DNA of 63,364 bases, counting the filler, from Reticulomyxa filosa (taxonomy: Eukaryota > Protista > Foraminifera), in NCBI GenBank assembly GCA_000512085.1. It is 13 parts of 13 records of this genome, joined end to end, with 100 filler letters (N's around TTAATTAATTAA, not from the genome) between each part and the next. Parts side by side here need not be neighbours in the genome. Positions count along the whole stretch, not along the records: positions 1 to 9,884 come from ASPP01003281.1; positions 9,985 to 12,723 come from ASPP01003713.1; 11 more parts are not named here. One strand, given 5' to 3'. Shown here piece after piece: positions 1 through 11,968 of this stretch. Under the pieces are notes generated by a model. That model had not been told where the DNA came from and searched no databases. It saw only the letters and a program-made list of their open reading frames with translations. Made by a program: the position numbers and the translations under genes. Each line of letters starts with the position of its first letter. Within the stretch, counting starts at the first letter, position 1.

Positions 1-40
<40 letters not shown>

Positions 41-65
41 TATATGTAATTTGTGAGTACTGCAG

Positions 66-3000
66 ACTAAGTGGAACGATCCCTCCAGGGTTTAGTAATT
101 TGTCTGAATTGGAAGAACTCTTGTTGTATGAAAATCAGTTTAGATTTACACTATCAAATAACACTGATGAAAAAATTATGTGCAAGTCAATGGGTGCTTG
201 AATGATTTTTAATCAATCTAAAAAGGTTATCTGGCTCCATATTTCAAGGGATCGGAAATTTGAAGAATTTGACAGCATTAGATTTGAGTATGAATAAGTT
301 GAGTTTGACATTCTATTTCATATTTTTTTCGTTTTAAATGTAAACAAATTACGAAATAGACACCCATGCTTTTTAACAAAAAAAAAAAAAAAAAGCTTAA
401 GTTGTACCATTCCATCAGAAATTGGAAATTTGACTAGACTCCATAGTTTGGGTTTGAATCAAAACTGGTAAAAAACTTATTTTTCTTCATCTCCTCACTA
501 ACTCCTATAGGTAATTTGAATAATTTTTCTCTTTCTTTTTTGTTTGTAGGCTCTTTGGTACAATACCAAAAGAGCTTGGGAATCTAATCGAATTAGGAAT
601 TTTATCTCTCAATCAAAATGAATTAACTGGTACAATACCAGTGGAAATTGGAAATGTCTGGAATTTGTCTGTTTTGGAATTGTCTCGAAATCAGTTGAGT
701 GGGACTATACCACCAGAAATTGGGAATATATACGAATTGCAGTTTTTAATTTTGGAGCAAAATGAATTAACTGGCACAATACCGAAAGAAATTGAAAACA
801 TTGTGAATTTGCGATATTTGATGTTGGGTTACAATAAGTTATTTAAAAAAAAAAAACACACACACACACACACATACAATTTAATTTGATTTGTTTTTCA
901 AAAAAAAGAAATTATATTTTTAAACAAATGTTTATGTTAAAATAAGATTGAGTGGTGAGTTGCCACAATTGGATGCATTGCCATTTTTGAAAATCGTCGA
1001 ATTCAATGACAATATGTTGAGTGGAACTATTCCGTTTGGTGATTTTTATGATTGGGATTTTTTGCTCATTCTTTCTTTGGAAAAGAATATGTTCAGTGGA
1101 AACTTACCGAAATTACCTAATCAAATGAGTTCGACAGTGGTCTTGACACTGCACATGAATCAATTTTCAGATCGCAATTTGCATGATTGGTAATATATAT
1201 TCCTCAAAGAGAAAGAGAAAAAAAATTTATTGTATTTGATTTGAATGTAAAAAAAATCTAATTCGTAAACAAATAAAACAATCTAAGGTTGGATGAGTTA
1301 TTTCAGAAAGCATCAGCACTGGAGATGTTATCCATTCATGATAATCCACATTTGACAGGACATCTTCCAAAAAGCTTGTTCGATACTAATGTAAAAATAT
1401 TTCTTGCACATGGATGTGAAATTAATGGAGTATTGCCATGGAGTGACGTTCAAGGAAATATACAATTTGCTACATTATTGCAAAATCATTTGTCTGGTGC
1501 AATGCCGAGTAATTTAATTCAGACAACTAGTGTTGAAAATGTAAGCAATATTCTGACATCCTACAACAATACAGGTTTATACATGTACATATATATATAT
1601 TTTTTTTTTTTTTTTTATTTTACAAAAAGAAAAAGAAAGTATTTTGAATGATTGAATTAAAACAGCGCTGCTTTTGTCACTTAACGTAAACACCAAATTG
1701 AAGAATGGGTTATACTTGTTAGGCAATCGATTTTCCGAAAGTAGGGAATGGTATCAAGTATTTGAAAATCAGGAATTACCAGAGTATGTATCAAAGGATG
1801 AAAGAAATGCAAAAAACCTGTACATTACAAACGAAAATGACTTTGCTGAAATAATGTTAATTGGATTTATTATGGTAACCATCTTGCTTTTGTCTCTGCG
1901 AAAATCAATGAGATATCCAATGGTCAATCGATTGTGTGGTAACAAGATAATATGTTGCTTCAAAATTCGAAAGCTTCCAGATCATGTCGGATTCCAACAA
2001 ATGAAAGTATTATTGAAATGGTTCAATAATTGGTTTGCAGCAGTAATCTTCAGTGCTTTGGTGATAATCTATGCAATAAATACCACTTATTATGAGAAGG
2101 GATATCTGTTGTCCCATTTTTCGTTGGCATACGTTAAAGATTTATCATTGATTGCTACAATTCTATTGATAATCATTGTCTTACTATCCAATGTTGTTGT
2201 TCTAATATATGCATTCCAATGGGTTATGAATCCTCCATTCACTACAACAAGTACTTCCAAAGATCCTTTTGACGATGTGATAGATCCATTTACTTGGCAA
2301 AAAGGAATAAAATTGGCATTGTTATTTCTGGGATGGATTTTAATTGTTATCATTGTGATGTCATATTTTGCATTTGAATCATTTCCAGATAATAATACAT
2401 TACACATATCTACAAAATTAGTTTATGCTATTCAAGCAATAATGTCATTGGCATTATCTTTGCATAATTCTTTGATAGCACCAAATCTTGCAATTTATGT
2501 GATTGAGCTTATATTTTACGTTTTTGGTATTCACAAACGCAAACTAGCCCAAAAATGGTATAGTTATACCGCATTATTCTTACAAACATTGGTGTGCATT
2601 ATAATACCACTTTTTCTTGCCTCGTTTTTTTACAACAATTGTGGTCGACAATGGATAAATTATTGGGATACTTGCTCCGGAAAAGACTCCAATGAAGCCA
2701 TTATCAGCTATCACTGGACTTATTATGACTATGATTTAGTCTGGTACATAGATGCAAATGTGGCAGTATTGAGTTGGGGAGATTTGTGCCAATATCAAGG
2801 CTTTCAATTTGGTTATGATTCAAACATTTCACAAACACAGCAACATAACATAAAAAACAATTTTTTTTTTTTTTTTTTTTTTTGTGATAAAATGTGTATC
2901 CCCAGGTACATGTGTTCGTGAAATTCTGGAAAAATGGGGAAATGTAATGGTAACCAAAATGGCAATTAACGTATTTCTACCATGGATTCGTTTGGCCAAT

Positions 3001-3661
3001 ATTCGTGCATTTTTATTTCAATGTGAAGCATTGAAATTCTTGGCCGGATCAAATGAATTGAGTTTTGAAACTGTTGGATTATTTGTGAATGTAGAGTTGG
3101 TGATTTTGTTGGGGTTATTTTGTCCATTGATTGTACCATTGTGTGCTATGGCAACTGTGTCCAATATCCTAAATTTCCAGTACTTGTTGAGAAAAAAAAA
3201 CAAACATGTGACATCATGGGAAGAAAATCTCATTGAAAAAAGTAACATTTACAAGCTCTCTGATGAGATTCCTGCATTTCCAATGTCGGTGTTGATTGTG
3301 CCGTTTTTATTGCAACAATCAATTTGGATGTTTTCTAGTGCATTCAGTAATGGTCATTCCTACCTGATAAAGAGTGTGTTTGCTTATGCATTTTCTATTA
3401 TTAATATTTGTTTCATAGTAGCTGTCATTTTTGCACGACGTTTTCATGGAATTCAAATACTACAACAACAAAGTTAATCTTTTCTATGCATAAATAAAAG
3501 AAGCTAATAAAATATTTCTGTATTTTCAAAAACAAATATCAGTGAAAGAAAAATTTAAAAGTGAATCCATGGCAAGCACCACTGAAGAAGAAAATTCGAT
3601 ATTATATGATGAATCAGAATATCGGCGAATGCAGCCAATGGAAACACTAAAAGAGCAATGA
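66..3661 (+). CDS. LRR receptor-like protein with C-terminal multi-pass (about 10-11 TM) membrane domain; 5'-partial, multi-exon
   Basis: Manually spliced GT-AG exons 66-137, 226-297, 396-467, 550-837, 947-1189, 1288-1574, 1666-2811, 2906-~3472 and ~3543-3661 give one open frame. It encodes plant-type 24-aa LRRs (LSGTIPxEIGNLxxLxxLxLxxNxL), then hydrophobic helices. No kinase domain. Confidence 0.85.
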
Positions 3662-4943
3662 AAATTTTTATTTAATATAGCAAAGGGTTAAAACTGCTGT
3701 TTTTTAAATAGTTAATTTTTTTAATGCAGTAGCTATCTTAAATTTGAAAGCATTCCCAAATGCAAACTATTTATTGTTATTAAATAACAAAACAAACAAT
3801 AATCACAACAATAAAAATAAATATCCTTATCAATTTCAGTTTGCAAAAAAAATATAAAGATACCAAAAGTGATAAAGCAAATAAAACTAAACAAATTACA
3901 AAAGACAAAACTTTGATACTATAGACCTCACATTTGAACTACCAGCCTTAAACCAACAAAAGAAAAGCGAATAATATGCTATCTTTGAGCAATGAAATTA
4001 TAATATCAAAAAAAGGTTACAATCAAGATTTTGAGTTTTTTTTACTTTTAAAAACAATACAATATCTATTTTGGAAAAAAAAGAAAATTAAATAATATGA
4101 TTTTTTAAAAATTTGGAATATAGATCAATTCATCAATTGAATACTTTACATTTGTTATCCACAAAAGTTATTCGATTGAATATTTACATCGATGCGGATT
4201 TCTAAAGTTTTCTTCAAGATAAACATTTTTTTCGTATCAAAAATTTTGAAAATTGTATGCGAACCCAACAAATCTTATGCATGAGCTCGAAAAAATTAAC
4301 CAAAACTCGATCACTTTTCAAGATAATTTTTTTTTATATCAAAAAAAATGGTTTAAAAATTGTGTATACGAGACAAAAAATTGCTAACGTTTTTCGATTT
4401 TCCGTTTCCACATCATCACCAAAATTATTTTTAAAAAAATTATATCAGTTAAAAACTGATTCTTCCGTTAAAAAAACAACTAGTATTACATACTGCACGA
4501 ATCGAATCCTCATCGCTTAAATTAATTAAGGCTTTATCCTAAGTTACACTGTTATTGTTATTTTCTCGTAACATTCCTTTATGTCGATGTTAGTAAGTAA
4601 CAACTGTGACTTAGTAACAATAATTAACATTTGTTTGTCTAAATAGTGACATGATGTTCGTGACTGTTGCCAAAACCAAAGACAATAATTTATAAATAAT
4701 TTTTACTTAAAAAAGTTACATAATAAATATTTGTACTGTAAGCACACTTCTTATTTTATAAAGTTAATCACTAACTGATCTCAAGATTAGCTTCACTGTA
4801 GATATTGATTTATGTGCAAATGATTTGTCACACAATGTTCAAACAAGTGGTTAAGTGCATTTCCAACTTGAGAAGGTATTATCAACTGTGACAGTGACAG
4901 ACCTTTTTAAAAAAATTTTTGTGTTGGTTAAAGATTTTTGGCA

Positions 4944-7522
4944 ATGTCTTATAACTGGGGAAAACGGCCCTATTCTCAATATAGTTATGAATTCAATAAT
5001 AGGACTGAGAAGATCCATGGTTATGGAAAAGATATTGGCCAACGGAACACAAAAGAGGACCTCCAACAGCAACTGAGAAGCTACGAGAACAAGCCGTATA
5101 ATTTTTACAAAGACTTGAAAGGCACAGAGTGGTATTTCGACGACTTTTCACTTTACTTTGACTATATCCAGTCGGACCCCTTTGCTCCCCCATCCTTGTT
5201 GCGAGTGAGAATGCGGCTTTCCTCGACCAACCTTCCGTTGAAGTTTTACCACAATAGGGTACGGAACATCGCAAGTCGTGATTTTTTGACGCGCTTTTTT
5301 GCGGAGTTGAGAATGACAAGGATGTTGTGACATGAGTGAGAATGAGAGTGAGACAAGGCTAAAATGTCATAAGTAATGTTATAAAAAGCAATAATAGCAA
5401 TAAGAGAAGACAAGCAACAAACAAACAACAAACAACAAACAAACAAATAGTGTGTGTAGGCAGAACCAATACAACACGAACAAAGAAGAAGAAGAAGAAG
5501 TAGAAGAAGAAGAAAGATACGCAGGATGGAGTTTACCAAAAGGTGGAAAATTGTGTATCGACGAGCCCGACCAGTACGTATTGGAGCGCACAAGCGTGAC
5601 GATCGAACTGGAGAAAAAGGAAGACAAAGGCGAAGACAAGAGCAAAGACAAAAAAAAAGCACAAGCACAAGCACAAGAAGAGACAGAAGATATGGAAAAG
5701 CCAGGAAAGGGGTGGCTGGAAGTGCGGTTATCATGCAGTCTTCCTGGACGAGGACGAAGGATATGTGGCGAGTGGTGCGCGCAGATAGTATGTTCGCGCC
5801 TGCCGCACGTGCTGCATCAGAGCATCATGTATCGCAGATACCAAGCGGTGAAGCGGCAAATCGACGAGAAGGATGCCGAGTTTGAGATGCACGTGAAATC
5901 GGTGGAAAATGAGGAGTACTTGCGCGAGGTGATGTTGCCAAAGTGGAAAGCAATAGCATTCATTCGCGATGGCAGCATCTTGCCACGAGCCTCGGGCGTG
6001 AGCAACTTGCCATTGCCTTTGGACAAGGCCATACCTTTTGTGGTCGACAAACAAGATGTGTTGTATCGCGAAGTCGAGCTGCCCAATCCCATCCCGATGC
6101 TGTGTTACAAGGACAGGAATGATGGCTCGTTCGAGTTTGAAAAGCGACTCACCAAAACTATCAGCGGACTTATTATCCCTTTTGGCATCACGCTCATCGT
6201 CGGAGGAGGCTTTCATGGCAAGACCACGCTCTTGTCGTGTATCGAGTTTGGCGTGTACAATCACACCGTCGGTGATGGCCGCGAGTGCTGTGTGTCTGAT
6301 CCCACTGTTAGCAAAATACGCGCTGAAGATGGACGGTCCATTGCTGGTGTCGATATTAGTCCTTTTATCAATAATCTACCTTTACAACGCCAGTTGTCTT
6401 TTTTTTTTTTTTTATTTTTTTTGCTTTTGAACTAAATTTAAAAAAAAAAAAAAAAAGGGAATGCGACAAAGGCTTTCAGCTGCACCAATGCAAGTGGCAG
6501 TACTTCACAGGCTGCAAATATTTGTGAAGCATTGGAAATAGGATCACGATGTCTGCTCCTCGATGAAGACACTTGCGCGACCAATTTCATGGTTCGAGAT
6601 ATCACTATGGAAAAATTAGTCGGCTCAAGTAAAGAACCTATCACTCCGTTCATCAGCAAAGTTCGCTGGTAAAATTTTATTAGTTTTATATTGTGATCCC
6701 CCCCCCCCCCCTTTTTTTTTTTGTATGAGATAATTTTAAAAATTATGTACATTTATATACTTATGCATGTGATGTCAAATACAAATATAAAAGTCTGTAC
6801 AACGAACTAAATGTGTCATCAGTGTTGGTGATTGGAGGTCTTGGCAGCTACTTCCACGTCGCGGATCAAGTGATAATGATGGAAAGCTATGTGCCCAAAA
6901 ATGTCACACAAAAGGCAATGGAAATTGTTGGGCAGAGTTGTGCCAATTAGCATAAGCTCACAAACAGAACAAATGAACATTGACACAGAGGAAAAGATTG
7001 CAGACGGTAATGATACCACTCTCATTGGCTTGCCTCAATTTAATTCTTTTGGAAGCTTGTCCAACCGAACTCCCGATTCCCGCACCATCAACGCAAACCA
7101 AAAAAAGGCCCTAAAATCCGAGCTGTATGTTGTTGTTTTTTCCTAATCTGTGTTGATGACTGGCAAACCCAACGTTTGTATAACTCGAATACTGAACAAC
7201 ACAGAAAGAGAAAACGATTTTATTTGGTTGGGAAGAGATTGACGTTAGTGCTGTTTCTCAAATTGTCGAGATGTCACAAAGTAATACAATAGGTTATTGC
7301 ATAGCGTATCTTCACCGACATTATATGGAATCTCGCAAAATGAACATGAAAGCACTTATGCAAAAAATGCAAAAGGATCTGGATGAACGTGGATTGGATG
7401 CTCTCTCCAATGTTAGTTATAATGTTCAATATTCTGGGAAATTAGTTCGACCAAGAATATTTGAAATCGCAGCGTCTCTCAACCGGCTCAGAACATTGAA
7501 AGTTTTTCTGAAACGGCAGTAA
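4944..7522 (+). CDS. ABC-class ATPase domain protein (ABC_ATPase/COG3044 family, MRB1590-like); multi-exon
   Basis: Family motifs QSDPFAPPS, SLPGRGRRI, FIRDGSILPRASG, Walker A GGGFHGKTT, KIRAEDGR, FSCTNASGSTSQAA, LLLDEDTCATNFMVRD, EPITPF and C-terminal RPRIFEIAASLNRLR, spread over spliced exons. Confidence 0.88.
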
Positions 7523-9018
7523 TATGGAGTCAAATTACTATCCCGCTAGTTAGCGTTTCACAAAATTAAGTGGAGTAAATAAAAAACAAAAAATGTTTCA
7601 TGTCCAGTTGCAAAAGGAACTAGAAAATCTGTGTCTCGAGTGTGAATTTTATTCAGATCGAGTATCACTAATAATTTTGATGTAAATGATATAGTAAAAA
7701 TTTACATATGCAAATGATGATCTCAACTGAACTCTGAAAATCAGTAGAAACCTCTTTTTCTTTTCATGGATGTGTCTGTTTTATTATTGAACTTGTTTTA
7801 GTTTATATTGATGAGCCGTCAAAAAGTAATTGTATATATACTAACAAAATCATACAAAATATGATATGTAGAAAAAATCAGCAAAATATTTAAAATTTTG
7901 AAAGAGAAAACTTGTGTGAAGGTAATGAACTTTTTTGCGTCCACGTGCCGTCCAAATGCATCGAACTTAAAGAGGTGGATGAAGTCTTTTAAGCTCGAAT
8001 TAGATTGTGTTATTAATTACATTGAAATATGTGGAGTTTACAGCAATTTTGTAATTTTTTTTCGACCTTGACAATAAATGAAATTTTTTATTGTTCAGCA
8101 AAGGAACCAAAGTAAACTAAGACACTGACTGCAAGTAACTTACACCAAAAACAAATTAATGTTTTTAAACTCGGAAGCAAAACAAAACTGCATTGCCATT
8201 GCAAATTATAAAAAATTGCTATGGTGGGTGAGGAAAAAGAAATGACAGAAGAAAGGCCAAAGGAAAAACTTGAAGAAAAAGCACAGCAAACACATCGAAA
8301 TTGGACAAAGCCTGTCAAACAAAAAATGGAGCTGTTTGTATTTAATCACAAACAATCCACAAAATCTAAAAAAATATATTTCATCAATAAAAAGGTTTCT
8401 CAATTTTAAAGAGGCAAACCACACAACCCACGACATGACACTTGCTAAAAAAAAAGGTGGATTCACGTCGCTCCATTAACAAAAAATGAAAAAAGCAACT
8501 AAAACATAAACACTAAATAATGAGAGTTCTTGAAAGAAATACAAAAGACAACAGATTTACAAACTTGGGTAATCAAGAAAGCAATTCTTTTTCCCTCTAC
8601 AACATCATTTTTCCTACCAATACACTTTGTGGATACAGGCAAACAAACACAAAAAAGCACATAAACAACAAACAAAACAAATTTCAATAATACACCCGTC
8701 ATCTTTTTTCTTTCCTACGTTAACACGCATCTCTCACAGCAAAAAAAATTGGCTTTTAGTTTGGGGAGGAGCAAAAGGGCCGTCCCTTGGTAACTTTGTT
8801 TTAATGAAAAAGCTCTTATTGTTCCCCCTTTTTTTTTTTTTTTTTGATAATTGCTGTATTTCTTCGACATTTTTGCACATATCGGTCGTTCTCAAAAAAG
8901 AAAGGAGGAAAAAAAAAATCAAACAATCAAGCAAAACAAAAACAAAAAAATAAAGCAAAAAAAAAAACCAAATAACGTAAAAATAAAAAAAAAGGAAGAC
9001 GCTAAATCTTCATCAGAT

Positions 9019-9833
9019 TCATTCGGTGATAACTTTAATTTGGTTATCCTGAACAAAGGCAAAGCCATCATAAACACTCCACGTCTTGGTTATTTCACCT
9101 TTTTTTTTTTTTTTGGTAGTGTGAATCACGCAACATATTTGTGTAATATATGTATATATATTTTTTTTGCAAAAAAAAATAAAAAAAAAATAAACTGGGA
9201 TGCACAACATCTTCCATGACTCGTCCACAGAGTGATTCATCAACAATTTCGAAATCATCGCAAAGCAATACCCATTCCATTGTCACATCATTCCTATTTT
9301 TTTTAAAACAAGTATAAAAACACACAACAACAACAACAACAACAACAAACTAAGCAAAAGTCAGTTAGAAGATGAATATACCAACGTAAAATCCAATCAT
9401 TTGAATGCTTGCGAAAACATGGCTTTCCATCAAAAAACATAGGAAGCAGATAATACGACCCGTTCATCCCGGCATTGACACCTTTGCGGCCTTTGATGTG
9501 AATGACATTGGGACCGAGGAAAGTCAAAGGCTTTGGAGCGAAGCGATCAAAGTCCGTTTTGGAAGTGAAGACGGACCGATCATTGGACGAGGGTGGAGGA
9601 GATTCCAAAGTGGTCTTGCAGTCAGAGTCACGATCGGATTGGTCTGTGCCCGACTGCTGCTTGTAGTCTTTCCCATCCGCTTGCAGCGCCAGTCGCAATG
9701 CAGTCCCATTGTAATGGGAGTCATTGCAAGAGCCGTTGTTCTTCGGCTGATTCGCCACGCCTTTGTGCATCTCCTTGTCATTGGCGCCCCCGTCGTCATA
9801 TCTTGAAAACAGTGTCAAAGGAAACACCGGCAA
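9019..9833 (-). CDS. Hypothetical protein, 3' exons, 5'-partial
   Basis: GC-richer ORF 9303-9833 (GVNAGMNGSYYLLPMFFDGKPCFRK..WILRW) followed by short exons (NDVTMEWVLLCDD..., TKTWSVYDGFAFVQDNQIKVITE*) separated by GT-AG introns. Confidence 0.5.
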
Positions 9834-9850
9834 GTAGGGAAAGGAAGACG

Positions 9851-9852
<2 letters not shown>

Positions 9853-9884
<32 letters not shown>
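9853..9884. repeat. (GAT)n microsatellite at contig end
   Basis: About 10 GAT units directly before the spacer. Confidence 0.9.
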
Positions 9885-9984
9885 NNNNNNNNNNNNNNNN
9901 NNNNNNNNNNNNNNNNNNNNNNNNNNNNTTAATTAATTAANNNNNNNNNNNNNNNNNNNNNNNNNNNNNNNNNNNNNNNNNNNN
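9885..9984. other. Artificial contig spacer (first of 12: also 12724, 15501, 18952, 28160, 34734, 36808, 38805, 40851, 42686, 48319, 54096; each 100 bp)
   Basis: Identical 44N-TTAATTAATTAA-44N block with stop codons in all six frames. Confidence 0.98.
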
Positions 9985-10142
9985 GATTATAAAATATCGT
10001 CCCAAATAACTCTGAAAATGATATATTGTTATCTTTTCAACGTTTCTAAATAATATTAATTGGCAACAATGATAACACAAAAACAAAAAAAAGTTATTCC
10101 AGTTCTAATTTTGAATATTTTCAATTTAACAGATATTAAACA

Positions 10143-10353
10143 TGTAGGAATAGTGAGACGACTAAGTGTAATACAAAAGGAACTTTAGTTCCAAAAAGCA
10201 AATTCAGTAAAAGGAAATAAAATTAATAAAAATAATCTCAACACAAGAAAGGAAAACACAAAAGTGAGTTGTGTTGTGAAGAGGGTTTTAACCTACCGGG
10301 AGTCCCACCGTTCCATTAGTATTTGAGATTGTATAATAGGGACTTGCCCTACA
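10143..10353. mobile_element. Solo-LTR-like / TG...CA element, copy 1
   Basis: Termini TGTAGG...CCTACA, flanked by perfect 4-bp direct repeat AACA. Shares CGACTAAGTGTAATACAAAAGGAA and other blocks with 20702-20890. Confidence 0.75.
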
Positions 10354-11650
10354 AACAAAAAAAAATCATCAAATAATTTTTTAACTTCTCTTTTGTATGA
10401 TGATGACAAAATAATATGATCTTTCAAAAGTGAACTTGAGTGGAAAGACACTTTTTTTCTTATTTAGTTATTTTTTAAAAAACGATTGAATAATTGATTT
10501 AAATCTCTTTTCTTTATGACTCTATGTGAAATTGATCCGTTTTAATGTAATTACTCAGACCTTGAAAATCATGTCATTTATTAATCAATAATTTCGTCTC
10601 ATTACTTCATTCAAGACAACAATTGAAAGTAGCAAATTCAAACAATTTTTATTAGCAATCAATCTTTCACTCACTTTTGGATCTCTCTGATCAGATAACA
10701 TTTCTTTTGTCATTTCCATTTTTTTTTGTAAAACGTTGAAATAGAAAAATGACAACAATAATTTCAATAATCGTGTTTTTAAAATTGTTTTTCGCTAATT
10801 CGCCATTATAGTTATATGTAAATCAAACAAAATGTTTTATTTGTTGTTAATGCAGTGAGTTCTTGACTCTATTCTTTTCTTTCTTGTGATATATCTGATT
10901 AAATAGAATATATCTTTATATTAAATGACAATAATTGAGATGAATGAAAAATATTGCACAAATTGAAATGCAACAATCAAATTCACATATGATCCAATGT
11001 CAATATTACCAAATGACACTAATCACATATTACTATTAAATTAAAAAGGTCATAACATCGATAATAATTGTTATTGTATTTTTTAAATTGTTTGTGCAAG
11101 TCAACAAATCTTTATTTAATATTTCTAGATAGAATAAATAGTACAATTTTTACTTAAAGAAATCACCTTTAATTAAATACAGACTATACCAATTCAAAAA
11201 CTACAAAATAAATACGCAAAATTTTTAAGTTGTGAGCAAAGCTCTGAGTTACCCTTTTTTTTGTTACTGTCGTTGCTACTTCTTTTATTTTAGTTTGTAT
11301 TCTCAAATTCCTTTCTTTATTGACTCGAAAATAAAGAAAGCAAAGTTAAATTTGTTTGTTTTAATCTTTTCGACTTTGTTGTTTCGGACTTGGGCCGAAG
11401 AACAACAAGTTAAAAAATTTTCAATTTTCTATTAATAATAATAAAAAACATTCTTTTTGTTTGATAATAGACTGGACCTTTAGATACTTTTGGCACTGAT
11501 GTTGCCAAAGCAGTTTTGTTTTCGCACTTGTTGACTTAAGTCCGAAATCGTTTCTTCGGAGTCGGACTATTTTATTTTATTTTTGTTTAATCAAACCTTA
11601 TTATGAGTGAAGGGTGGTGGTGACGCAAATGGTCAAGTCATAACTAATGT

Positions 11651-11968
11651 GGCGGCGTAGCTTAATCTGTAAAGCCCGCCGAATTTATGATGACCTTGGC
11701 TGCATTAGGGCATAGCCATCTTTGGGAAGTTCTTCGGAGCTTCTTGGGGGGTGGTTCAACCTCAAAAGGGTTGATGGGTTGGTTGGTGTGTTGGGGTGCG
11801 TCTTGGGTGTATCTGTACCAAGTCGCAGGGTCTGGTACATCCATGCCTACACACTGGCACACGGTTGTGCTATATTGTTGATAGAAATATCAGCAATGTG
11901 GCTGGTCGTGCAATGCTCCAGCTCACTATACTGTAGCGGAGATGTGGGTTCGAATCCCACCGCTGACC
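11651..11968 (+). ncRNA. tRNA-like Pol III element (degenerate tRNA, SINE head or split tRNA-like RNA)
   Basis: Perfect T-arm GTGGG-TTCGAAT-CCCAC (B-box) at ~11944-11960, followed by CGCTGACC and a poly-A run. A-box-like TAGCTTAATCTG with GCTT/AAGC stem at 11658-11675. No canonical anticodon arm. Confidence 0.4.

Noticed and set aside
5246-6430. Long antisense and alternative-frame ORFs over the ABC-ATPase gene
   Set aside because: Shadow ORFs from the GC-richer coding strand and low-complexity sequence.
7900-8960. Short ORFs in the A-rich region
   Set aside because: Poly-Lys/Phe low-complexity translations of intergenic DNA.
11651-11968. tmRNA or a functional intron-containing tRNA
   Set aside because: No G3-U70 alanine identity pair, no encoded CCA or tag-peptide pattern, and no canonical anticodon loop.
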